Shown here in pieces: positions 47,077 through 56,182 of a stretch of 64,000 nucleotides of DNA (the stretch's first letter is position 1; each line of letters opens with the position of its first letter). Where the stretch lies: assembly GCA_023133595.1 (NCBI GenBank), contig JAGLWF010000001.1, positions 33,693-97,692 of the forward strand. The letters are read 5' to 3'. Both the position numbers and the translations under genes were made by a program. This stretch comes from Nanobdellota archaeon. Its GTDB lineage: Archaea > Nanobdellota > Nanobdellia > Woesearchaeales > WJKV01. A model generated the notes under the pieces. That model ran no database searches. It was not told the origin of the DNA and saw only the letters and a program-made list of their open reading frames with translations.

Positions 47077-48090
47077 ATTAAAAAAGCATTAATTACTGGA
47101 ATAAGCGGACAGGATGGATTTTTTTTAACGCAGCTTCTTCTTGGAAAAGGATATGAAGTTCACGGACTTTTCAGGAGAAATAGCCAGGCATCATTAGGTT
47201 CATCAGAAGGCTTGGAAGATAAAACCAAAGTAATTGTTCATTGGGGAGACATGACTGATCATCAATTCATAAACGATCTAATCAAAAAACACGGGTTTGA
47301 TGAAGTATATCATCTGGCAGGGCAAAGTTTTGTCTGGCTTAGTTTTTCAAATCCAATTTATACCCATAATGTCAATGCAATGGGAACCCTAAATTTGGTC
47401 GAGGCCATCAGAGAAGAATCTCCAAGGTCAAAAATGTATTTTGCCGCAACATCTGAATTGTATGGTAAAGTCAAAGAAATACCCCAGAATGAAGAGACCC
47501 CATTTCATCCAAGAAGTCCATACGCAACATCAAAACTTGCAGGCTTCTGGACCATGAAAAATTATAGGGAGAGTTACAATCTATTCTTGTGCAATGGAAT
47601 ACTGTTTAATCATGAAAGCGAGATGCGGGGACCAGAATTTGTAACAAGAAAGATTACACTGGCAGCTGCCAAAATCAGTTTAGGAATGCAAGATCATCTC
47701 GAACTAGGAAATCTCGATGCAAAGAGAGACTGGGGCTATGCAAAAGATTATGTCTATGGCATGTGGCTGATTCTTCAACATGATAAACCTGATGATTTTG
47801 TCCTGGCAACAAACGAGGCACATAGTGTAAGAGAGTTTGCTGAAGCTGCGTTTGGACATGCAGGCATTGATATTGAATGGCAAGGTCAAGACGAGGATAC
47901 AGTCGGATTAAAAAGAGGCACTGACCAAGTTTTAATCAAGATAAATCCAGAATTTTACAGGCCTGCTGAGGTTGATGTCCTGCAAGGAGATTATTCAAAA
48001 GTTAAGAAAGTTCTTGGATGGGAACCAAAAATCAAATTTAAAGAGTTAGCCAAATTAATGGTTGAGCATGACTTATCTCTATTTAGATAG
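47077..48090 (+). CDS. gmd: GDP-mannose 4,6-dehydratase (SDR family); no canonical in-frame start codon, so the 5' end is uncertain
   Basis: In-frame IKKALITGISGQDGFFLTQLLLGKGYEVHG is the canonical GMD N-terminus. Also GILFNHES, LGNLDAKRDWGYAKDYV and PDDFVLAT. The ORF track begins at an internal TTG at 47212. The coordinate 47077 assumes an ATT start after GGAGCGGGGG. Confidence 0.7.
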   Translation: MKKALITGISGQDGFFLTQLLLGKGYEVHGLFRRNSQASLGSSEGLEDKTKVIVHWGDMTDHQFINDLIKKHGFDEVYHLAGQSFVWLSFSNPIYTHNVNAMGTLNLVEAIREESPRSKMYFAATSELYGKVKEIPQNEETPFHPRSPYATSKLAGFWTMKNYRESYNLFLCNGILFNHESEMRGPEFVTRKITLAAAKISLGMQDHLELGNLDAKRDWGYAKDYVYGMWLILQHDKPDDFVLATNEAHSVREFAEAAFGHAGIDIEWQGQDEDTVGLKRGTDQVLIKINPEFYRPAEVDVLQGDYSKVKKVLGWEPKIKFKELAKLMVEHDLSLFR

Positions 48091-48257
48091 GCAGGCAGAA
48101 ATGTTGTCTCCCATATGGGATTAACGTGTGCCTATTATAGAGTGGCAAATCTAGCGAAACCTTTAAATAATAATTGCTACTTCTTAATGCTAACACAGTC
48201 GTATCTGCGAAGGGGTTGAGCGGCTGAAAATCGATAATGCTTTTTGGGGGTAAAAAA

Positions 48258-49751
48258 ATGGAACATATTCAACACGGATTATATTCGATGTTTGGTAGAG
48301 GTTATAATTTCTTAAAGAGAACTGGATTGGGTCTTGCTACAGGAATCGGTCTTGGAACTGTATTATTCTTTGGCAGTGCTGATGAAGCAAATGCCCAAGA
48401 TGTGGATCTTAGTGATCTGGTAGATGATGTTTTCAGAACAAAACAAACTCCTGAAGAATCTACCCCAAGTGTTAAAACTGAAAATCAGAGACGATTTTCA
48501 GAAGTATATGATGAGATGGATAGCAAAAGCGGACTTCAATACGGATATTTTGCAGAAGCGCGCGTGAAAGGATCAACAAACAGAGAAACAGAATATGACA
48601 GTTTCAGAGGCTCTATTGAAATAGGAAAATTCCTTTGGGGCGATAGCAAATGGAATGGAAGAGTTAAATTCGAATATAATGATACTGATGGAAGAGAAGA
48701 ATTCTTCGAAATTTCTGGAGGTGCAGATTATAGACTTTCTGATGCTCTTACAGCTGGATTCAAAGCATTTGGCGGAGACCATAGTATTGGTGGAGAAGGA
48801 AGAATAAGATTAACAATCGATCTTGGAAGCTATTTTAAAGATGCAACAGCAACTGTTTTTGGCAGAGCTGGTGGAAGCAATAGAGACGATAGAATAAGAA
48901 GCATAACACACAGTTTAATTGACAGTGATCAGGAAATCAGAGATGGATATGGTGAAATCGGACTGAAAGTAACCACAAAAAACGGTTCTTATTTCACAAT
49001 CTCAGATATTTACAAATGGATTCATTCTGAGATGTGGGCAAATATGCCAACAAGTGCTGATGCAGACATCGAAGTTGGAACCAATGCTTTGATAGCATCC
49101 CTCGGACATAAAGCAAAAGATTATTCTGTAGATTTTACAGGAATCTGGACACATACCAGGACAAATAATAAACTTAAAGTTGCAGATGCTATAGACGAAT
49201 CTGAACTCTTAAGAGGACAGGCAACTGGATTCTACCATCTAAGAGGAAAAGGCCATAGTGTTGGTCTAATGGTTGGTGGAGACAAGAACGGCTGGGATGT
49301 CAGAGGTATTTACATTTTCCAAGACAATAAATCTGCAAGCATTGCAAAAGAGCTTGAAAAATTAAAGACAGAAACAGATGCGATCTCAAAAGAAGAGATC
49401 CAGAACAGACTGGAAAAATTATCACTTGTCAGCGCACTGGTTCACAAAGTTGAAGTTGGTGGGCGAAGAAGTGAAGTTTCAGGTGCTCGTAGCTGGGAAG
49501 CTTTTGCAGGATACGAACTGACTCTAAGTATGAACAGCAAGTTCGTCAAGCAATTCAATCTAGATTTTGAATTGACGTATGGAGAACTGTATCCAACATA
49601 CGGATCGCACAGAGGCTATTTCAGAGGAAGAGCAAATGCAGAAGCCCGATTCGGAAAAGGCTGGTACCTGCTTGGAGGCGCTAACGGAAATTCATACGAG
49701 GGCCAGAAGCCAAGCTGGAACTTTGAAGGCGGCTTTGGAAAACGGTTTTAG
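48258..49751 (+). CDS. Secreted beta-strand-rich protein with amphipathic alternating patterns and a C-terminal Phe (outer-membrane-protein-like beta-barrel candidate)
   Basis: Signal peptide n-region MFGRGYNFLKR, h-region TGLGLATGIGLGTVLFF, c-region GSADEANA. Gly/Tyr/Asp/Arg-rich alternating hydrophobic pattern, e.g. RIRLTIDLGSYF, VDFTGIWTHT, FNLDFELTYGELY. Ends ...FEGGFGKRF. GGGGGT RBS. Confidence 0.5.
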   Translation: MEHIQHGLYSMFGRGYNFLKRTGLGLATGIGLGTVLFFGSADEANAQDVDLSDLVDDVFRTKQTPEESTPSVKTENQRRFSEVYDEMDSKSGLQYGYFAEARVKGSTNRETEYDSFRGSIEIGKFLWGDSKWNGRVKFEYNDTDGREEFFEISGGADYRLSDALTAGFKAFGGDHSIGGEGRIRLTIDLGSYFKDATATVFGRAGGSNRDDRIRSITHSLIDSDQEIRDGYGEIGLKVTTKNGSYFTISDIYKWIHSEMWANMPTSADADIEVGTNALIASLGHKAKDYSVDFTGIWTHTRTNNKLKVADAIDESELLRGQATGFYHLRGKGHSVGLMVGGDKNGWDVRGIYIFQDNKSASIAKELEKLKTETDAISKEEIQNRLEKLSLVSALVHKVEVGGRRSEVSGARSWEAFAGYELTLSMNSKFVKQFNLDFELTYGELYPTYGSHRGYFRGRANAEARFGKGWYLLGGANGNSYEGQKPSWNFEGGFGKRF

Positions 49752-49862
49752 ATTGACTATTATAGAGTAGTTAAAACTACGAAACATTTATATATTGAAT
49801 GCGATTGACTCGTATGATTTGAGGCATTTATGTTTAAAATAAACAATTGGGGGTAATATAAA

Positions 49863-51224
49863 ATGAAGCCACTTGATTTCATAGCGAAAACAACAAGAAT
49901 AGCAATACCTGTAGGATTAGGTTTAGCATTATCATTAGGAGGAACAGCTTTTGCAGGAGAAGGCCCAGCAGAAGAAAGAACTCCAAAGAAGTTCAAAGTT
50001 AAGATTAAGAAGAAAAAACCTGTAGAAAAACCAAAAGAAACTCCTAAAGAAACTCCAAAGGAAACTCCTAAAGAGACACCAAAGGAAACTCCAAAGGAGA
50101 TACCAAAAGATTTAGGATATCATGTTTTCAAAGTATTTGGAGAAGAGATTGATGGAAATGAAAAAGATTATGTTCCAGCTCTAGAAAAATTTAGAGAAGA
50201 AATCGTAAAATTAACAAAAGGAACAGAAAATTGTCCAGATGGAGAGTTTCAATTCTACAAGTTTAAACTGGCAAAAGAGGGTGTACGGCTTGAGATCCAT
50301 CATAAAAAAGGTGACAAAACTGTTGTATATACTAATGGTCTTAAGAAAGGAGATTGGGAAGCTATCAGGTCTGCAATTGAATTAGGAGAGAAGACAGCAA
50401 CAAGAATTGAAAAAGAAGTTGAAGGCAAGAAAAAGAGCTTTGTTCTTCCAAGAGAGATCAGTGATTGTGCTGATGTAGAGATTATCGGAGATAAAGCATA
50501 CTTGAAGTTCAAGAATCTTCCTGGTTTCAGAGCAAATGGTTCTTACGAACTTAATGCAAGACTTGCAGCTGAATACATTGGATTATCATTTGCAGAAGAC
50601 AGTCTTATGAAATTAGACAAAGAAGCAAGAGCTGCAAAGATCAAGAAACTAAGAGCGCTTTACGATACACTGACAAAAGTAAGATTCGGTGTAAATGAAA
50701 AAGGAGAATATTCACTAGAGATGTACCAGACAGGAAAAGAAGAACCTACTGTTGTTCCATTGAACAGAGAAGCAGTTTCAACTTTCCTTGAAAGAGTTAA
50801 AAGAGTTGGACAGTGGAAACAAGTGAAAGAAGCAGAATACAAGAAAGCTGGTAACTCCTTGAAACAAAAAGATGATCACAAAAGTCCAGGCACAGAGTTT
50901 GGAAAACGTAATGAAGACATGTTAGTCATAGGAGACGAATATGTTTGGTCTGATCTTCTAGCAGTTGCTAATGAAGATGCAGATGTCAAATATGTTGTTG
51001 GACTAATGAAAAAGCTTCAGAATTCAAAATGGACTGCTGGAAAAGAACTGCAGATAAGAAGAGATAAGAATCCAGTTGATGAAGCTCGAAGTGTATTCCA
51101 CTTCAAAGCAGGCGATAAGGATGACTGGCACGAGTTCAGACTGCCGCAAGCAGAAAAATTCAATGCTGGTTACAAGAAGCTGGTAGGGCTTTACAAACCT
51201 GCAGAAGAAAAATCAAAAGATTAG
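49863..51224 (+). CDS. Secreted protein with a (KETP)n tandem repeat linker
   Basis: Signal peptide IAIPVGLGLALSLGGTAFA. Linker KETPKETPKETPKETPKETPKEIPK. GGGGGTAA RBS. Consensus promoter cgaaacatttatatat about 70 nt upstream. Confidence 0.6.
   Translation: MKPLDFIAKTTRIAIPVGLGLALSLGGTAFAGEGPAEERTPKKFKVKIKKKKPVEKPKETPKETPKETPKETPKETPKEIPKDLGYHVFKVFGEEIDGNEKDYVPALEKFREEIVKLTKGTENCPDGEFQFYKFKLAKEGVRLEIHHKKGDKTVVYTNGLKKGDWEAIRSAIELGEKTATRIEKEVEGKKKSFVLPREISDCADVEIIGDKAYLKFKNLPGFRANGSYELNARLAAEYIGLSFAEDSLMKLDKEARAAKIKKLRALYDTLTKVRFGVNEKGEYSLEMYQTGKEEPTVVPLNREAVSTFLERVKRVGQWKQVKEAEYKKAGNSLKQKDDHKSPGTEFGKRNEDMLVIGDEYVWSDLLAVANEDADVKYVVGLMKKLQNSKWTAGKELQIRRDKNPVDEARSVFHFKAGDKDDWHEFRLPQAEKFNAGYKKLVGLYKPAEEKSKD
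50031..50109 (+). repeat. 6-7 tandem copies of a 12-nt unit (ccaaaggaaact) encoding KETP
   Basis: Direct read. Confidence 0.7.
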
Positions 51225-51264
51225 ATTTCAAAATTGTAAAAAAGAAATAAGGGGGAAAATTATA

Positions 51265-53019
51265 ATGAAGAAAACTATTTTCGCAACAATCTTGGTTTTT
51301 ATGCTATTGGTACAAATAGTTCCAGTATTGGCAGATAATTATGCGCCTATTGTTACCATAATCACATCTGCAGATCATGGAGAAACACCAATGTCTGTTT
51401 TCTTTACATCTCATGTAATTGATGAAAATCCAGACGCACTAGAATATTCATGGGATTTTGGAGACGGAGCAACTTCTGATTCAGAGGATGGCTTTAACAT
51501 CTATATGATTTCAGGAACATACACTGTTACATTATCAGTACGAGATGACACTGGAAATATAGGAATGGACCAAGCTACAATTGTTGTCGAAGAAGAAAGC
51601 ATAAACAATTATGCACCTATTGTAAATATTCTTCCAAGCCAGAAAAAAGGCAATGCACCTTTATCTGTTGCATTCACAGCAGCTATCATTGATGAAAATC
51701 CAGAGACGCTACAATACTCATGGGATTTCGGAGATGGAGCAACATCAGATTTTGAAGATACTATTAATACATACATGATCCCTGGAACATACACAGTCAC
51801 TCTAATGGTTAGAGATGATAATGGGAACATAGGAATAGACCAGGTTGAGATTGTTGTTGAAGATAAAACAAACACACCTCCAGTTGCTACTATAGTCGCA
51901 AGTCCTGTTTATGGAGGAGCGCCATTGAATGTTATTTTCAATGGAGAAGCTAGCATAGATGCTGATGGTGACTTCCTTACATTTACATGGGATTTTGGAG
52001 ATGGTGAAGGAAGCTCAGACAGAATGCCAGTTCATACTTACACAAGTCAAGGAACTTACATTGCAACACTTACTGTAGACGATGGACACAGAGCAAGATC
52101 AACTGATACAGAATTGATTGTTGTTGGAAACACATTCAATGTTCCACCAATCGCTATTGCAGATGCAATTCCAAGATCAGGAAACGTGCCTCTTGTTGTA
52201 ACATTCCTTGGACAAGGAATTGATACTGATGGAGAAATCGAAAGATACTTCTGGGATTTTGGAGATGGTACTACATCTGATTCACAGAACCCGGTCCATA
52301 CTTATGCGATCGAAGGAACTTTCAGAGCAGAACTTATTGTTTATGACGATTTTGGAGGAATTGGAAAAGACGAGATCCTAATCACAGTTGGTTCTCCAGC
52401 TGGAGTTGATCCATTCATTACACCAATCCCAGACCAGACAATCGAATTCAATCAACCATACAATTACCAAGTTGTTGCATTCGATCCATTAAATGATCAA
52501 CTGACATATGCAATGACAAACCAACCAGCTGGTGTTGACATTGATCCAAATACTGGTTTGATCAGTGGATTCCCAAGCCAGCTAGGAATTTTCAATGTTG
52601 CTGTTATTGTCAGCGATGACAATGGCGGAGAAGCAAGAGACGAGTTTATGCTTGAAGTTGTAGTTGTGCAGATCATTGAAAAGCCTAAGAAATACAGGCC
52701 AAGCTTGCTTTCAGTTGACAGAATCTTCCTGACAAGCGGAGAAATCCTAACTGTCAATGACTTGATCGAAGCTGGAGTTTTGGTCAATAACGATGCAGAC
52801 TTTGATATGGAGAATATCAAAGTGACTGTATCAGTTCCAGAACTGGGGTTATACGGTTCAAGCTTAATCGAGGATCTTGACAACAATAGGGATTATCTTG
52901 CAAAGATTGCAATCATCGACCCTATTCCGCAAGGAGTAAAGGGAGATTTCATTGTTAGAATCACTGTAAGCAATGATCATCTTAGAAGGATACTCCACAG
53001 AGAGATCACTGTAATTTAA
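51265..53019 (+). CDS. Secreted protein with four PKD-type domains plus additional beta domains
   Basis: Signal peptide. Repeated YSWDFGDGATSD...GTYTVTL.VRDD.GN blocks (four times), the classic WDFGDG PKD motif. Confidence 0.8.
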   Translation: MKKTIFATILVFMLLVQIVPVLADNYAPIVTIITSADHGETPMSVFFTSHVIDENPDALEYSWDFGDGATSDSEDGFNIYMISGTYTVTLSVRDDTGNIGMDQATIVVEEESINNYAPIVNILPSQKKGNAPLSVAFTAAIIDENPETLQYSWDFGDGATSDFEDTINTYMIPGTYTVTLMVRDDNGNIGIDQVEIVVEDKTNTPPVATIVASPVYGGAPLNVIFNGEASIDADGDFLTFTWDFGDGEGSSDRMPVHTYTSQGTYIATLTVDDGHRARSTDTELIVVGNTFNVPPIAIADAIPRSGNVPLVVTFLGQGIDTDGEIERYFWDFGDGTTSDSQNPVHTYAIEGTFRAELIVYDDFGGIGKDEILITVGSPAGVDPFITPIPDQTIEFNQPYNYQVVAFDPLNDQLTYAMTNQPAGVDIDPNTGLISGFPSQLGIFNVAVIVSDDNGGEARDEFMLEVVVVQIIEKPKKYRPSLLSVDRIFLTSGEILTVNDLIEAGVLVNNDADFDMENIKVTVSVPELGLYGSSLIEDLDNNRDYLAKIAIIDPIPQGVKGDFIVRITVSNDHLRRILHREITVI

Positions 53020-53064
53020 TGTTAACAAAATACTGTTCCAAGAGAATAGTATTTGTCAAAGAAA

Positions 53065-53117
53065 CCTTCCCAGAGTGCTCAGAATATGAGGACTTTATGT
53101 TCCCTGCTTTGGGAAGG
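53065..53117 (+). other. Stable hairpin (11-bp stem CCUUCCCAGAG/CUUUGGGAAGG, 31-nt loop) 45 nt after the PKD gene stop
   Basis: Direct read. One G-U pair. No T-tract follows, so it is not a classic terminator. Confidence 0.45.
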
Positions 53118-53285
53118 AAGCTTGAGTGAAGTTGTGATTTGTAGTCACTGCGAAATACTAAATAAATCGAAAGATTTATATACTGCTTTGATTACTGATG
53201 AATAATAACACTTAAGATCAAAAGAACCTTTTATCGGGGGTAAAGGGAATCAAGTCCAAAAAGGAATTTCGGAGGAAAATATAAA

Positions 53286-54560
53286 ATGGAGACAAAGAAA
53301 ACTGCTGTTTTAGGCATTTTAGCACTATTAGTCTTTAGTATGGTAGCTTTAGTTTCTTTATCAGCTACTGTTTCAGCAGTTCCTGTTGCAGTTGATTTTG
53401 TAAAAATCGACGGTGATATTGTTTCAGGAAATGAACTTATCGAGGTAGACAGGAACACAAACCTTGACATCAAGGTTAAATTGCTTGCTTTGGCAAACGC
53501 AGAAGACGTTAGAGTCGAAGCAATGATTCAAGGATTCGAGCACGGAGTAATATCTGATGAATCTGACATCTTTGACATCGACGCTGGCAAGACATACACA
53601 AAGAAACTTTCAATGCATCTTCCAGATGAAATGGAAAGAAACAACTACATGTTAAGAATAATCATAAGCGACAGAGACAGTGAATTATTCCAACAAAACT
53701 ACAATCTTGACATTGACACTGCAAGACACGCATTGAAGATTGAAGACGTTGCTTTCAGTCCTGGAACAGAAATCCAAGCAGGTAGATCCTTGCTTACGAC
53801 TGTTCGCCTTGAAAACAAGGGAGAACAAGACGAAGAAGTAAAAGTAACTGTTGCAATTCCAGATCTAGGAATCCAGCAATCAGACTTCATTGATGAAGTT
53901 GAGAGCGATGAAACAGTTACATCTGAGGAACTGTTCCTTAGAATACCAGCATGTACAGCACCTGGTCAGTACACAGCTGAAATCACATTGTCCTACAATG
54001 ACGATTTTGACAGTGTATCAGAACAGAGAACAATCACTGTTATAGACGGTGGTCTTTGCAATGTACAAGCTGCTCCGCAAGCAGATAAGACACTTATCGC
54101 AATTGCAACAGAAGGAAACGCAAACATCAAAATTGGTCAAAAAGCAATCTATCCAGTTACATTAACAAATGCAGCTGGAGAAGCTAAGATCTACTCAATC
54201 GCAGTAGACGGTGCTGATTGGGCAACTGTTGAGGTAAGCCCTTCAAATGTTGTTGCTTTAGCTCCTGGTGAGATCAAGACTACATTCGTAGCTCTAACAC
54301 CTAACGAGGGCACAAGCGGAACACAACTATTCAACATTAACATCAAAGCTGGCGAAGAGACACTTAAACAAGTGAACATGTCAACAAATGTTGAAGCTGG
54401 TCAAGCGAAATCAACCCTAGTAAGAGGCCTTACAATCGGTCTGATAATCATCATAGTTATCCTAGTTATCCTAGGATTAATCCTTGCATTCAGCAGAATG
54501 AAAGGCGGAAATGATGACTTTGAAGATTTCGAAGACGAAGGTCAAAAAACTTACTACTAA
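53286..54560 (+). CDS. Surface (S-layer-like) protein: signal peptide, Ig-like beta domains, C-terminal TM anchor and a short acidic tail ending YY
   Basis: Paralog of the 54833-56095 protein: shared blocks NYNLDID, SLLTT and the TLTNAG..AK.Y.I...D.DWA block, plus the same topology. GGAGG RBS. Confidence 0.6.
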   Translation: METKKTAVLGILALLVFSMVALVSLSATVSAVPVAVDFVKIDGDIVSGNELIEVDRNTNLDIKVKLLALANAEDVRVEAMIQGFEHGVISDESDIFDIDAGKTYTKKLSMHLPDEMERNNYMLRIIISDRDSELFQQNYNLDIDTARHALKIEDVAFSPGTEIQAGRSLLTTVRLENKGEQDEEVKVTVAIPDLGIQQSDFIDEVESDETVTSEELFLRIPACTAPGQYTAEITLSYNDDFDSVSEQRTITVIDGGLCNVQAAPQADKTLIAIATEGNANIKIGQKAIYPVTLTNAAGEAKIYSIAVDGADWATVEVSPSNVVALAPGEIKTTFVALTPNEGTSGTQLFNINIKAGEETLKQVNMSTNVEAGQAKSTLVRGLTIGLIIIIVILVILGLILAFSRMKGGNDDFEDFEDEGQKTYY

Positions 54561-54832
54561 ATTTTTTTTATTTTCTTTTTTCTCTTATTCTTTTTATCCT
54601 GAAATCCTAGATTAAAGACTATCTTAAAGCCTACCCTCAATTGACTCAATAACTCGCTAAATAGGTCGCTATTTCTTTGGTTATTTTCCCCAGAATTCCA
54701 TATACAAATAAGGCTCTCATATGTCCCAGGGCAGTGATTAATACCCCATAAGCTTTATATACTTCTTGTTACTCTACAGTGATTACATAAGAAACAGGGG
54801 TTGTAGAGAACATATTGGGGTTGATAAAAACA

Positions 54833-56095
54833 ATGAAGGGGAATAAAATTGTTGGAAGTTTAATATTACTAGCTATACTAGTAATCTCTGTTCTGCCTAG
54901 TGCAGCAGCAGTAGGAATCCTTTTCGATAGTGTCAAAATAAACGGCGATATTGTCGCAGACGATGAGATTATAAGCGTAGAAAGAGATTCTGACCTGAAT
55001 ATCAGGCTGCGGATTTTAGGCCTTGATAATGTCGAGAATGTGCGTATAGAAGCACTTATCTCAGGTTTCGAATACGAGCTGATTAGAGACAGCACTGCTT
55101 CGTTTGAAGTCGATGCTGACGAGATCTTCACAAAGGACCTGACACTTCATATCCCCGCAAATATGCCAAACGATGATTTCCTATTAAGAATATTAGCATA
55201 CAATCGTGACGATCTGACATATGAGCAGAACTACAATCTGAACATTGATTCAAAACGGCACGATGTACGTATCCTGGACATAATATTTTCACCAGGAGCT
55301 ACACTTGAAGCTGGTACATCCTTGTTGACAACTATCAAGACATGGAACGCTGGAAGCAAGTTCGAAAGTGGAAAGCTTACCATAAGCATCCCAGATCTTG
55401 CAATCGAGCAGGCTGCTTTCATATCAATGGAGCCTGGACAAGCAAAAGTCAGTGAAGAATTGTTCATGCGGATCCCTAAATGCGCAGAAGCAAAGGAATA
55501 CACAGCTGTTATCGAATATACATCTTCAACTGTCTCTGACAGAAAAGAGAAGCAGATCAATGTATTGGCAAGCGACCAGTGTCCTGCAAACAGCCAACCT
55601 GTAGAGGACAAGACAATGGTCTCTATCGGAACCACAAACCAGGTTATCCAACATGGAGAGACAATGAGCTATCCAATAACATTGACAAATGCAGGATCAG
55701 AAGCTAAACAATACCAGATCAAGGTTGCAGACGATGATTGGGCAGTTTCACAGGTCAGTCCAATTGGAGATATCTTTGTAAACCCAGGAGATTCACAGAC
55801 AGTCCATGTCACAATCTCACCGTTAGAGACAGCAGTTGGAAAGAATGTCTTTACAGTGAAGATTCTTTCAGACGGAAGTCTTCTGAAATCAGTTCCTCTT
55901 GCAGCAGAGATCGCTGGAAAAGCACCAAAACAGGAAAGCAAGACAAGCACCACAATCCTTGCACTAGAGATTGTCCTTGGAATAATCATTGTTATCCTGA
56001 TACTGATCGCTTTCACAGCAGTTGCAAGGAAACGAAGAGAATCCATGGATGAAGGATACGATGAACAGGAAGAGATAGACACTTCCTACTACTGA
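54833..56095 (+). CDS. Surface (S-layer-like) protein, paralog 2
   Basis: Start moved from the TTG to the ATG after ttgggggttg. C-terminal TM LALEIVLGIIIVILILIAFTAV and tail ...EEIDTSYY. Confidence 0.6.
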   Translation: MKGNKIVGSLILLAILVISVLPSAAAVGILFDSVKINGDIVADDEIISVERDSDLNIRLRILGLDNVENVRIEALISGFEYELIRDSTASFEVDADEIFTKDLTLHIPANMPNDDFLLRILAYNRDDLTYEQNYNLNIDSKRHDVRILDIIFSPGATLEAGTSLLTTIKTWNAGSKFESGKLTISIPDLAIEQAAFISMEPGQAKVSEELFMRIPKCAEAKEYTAVIEYTSSTVSDRKEKQINVLASDQCPANSQPVEDKTMVSIGTTNQVIQHGETMSYPITLTNAGSEAKQYQIKVADDDWAVSQVSPIGDIFVNPGDSQTVHVTISPLETAVGKNVFTVKILSDGSLLKSVPLAAEIAGKAPKQESKTSTTILALEIVLGIIIVILILIAFTAVARKRRESMDEGYDEQEEIDTSYY

Positions 56096-56182
56096 ACTTA
56101 TATTTTTCCCCCTTTTTTTCTTTTTTTTGTTTTTTATTTCTGACACATACTTTTAAAAACAGAAGAATTCTTGCATATAAAC

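Noticed and set aside
53124-53148. Second short inverted repeat AGTGA...TCACT as a terminator
   Set aside because: Only a 5-bp stem with no T-tract. Noted inside the hairpin finding, not reported as a feature.
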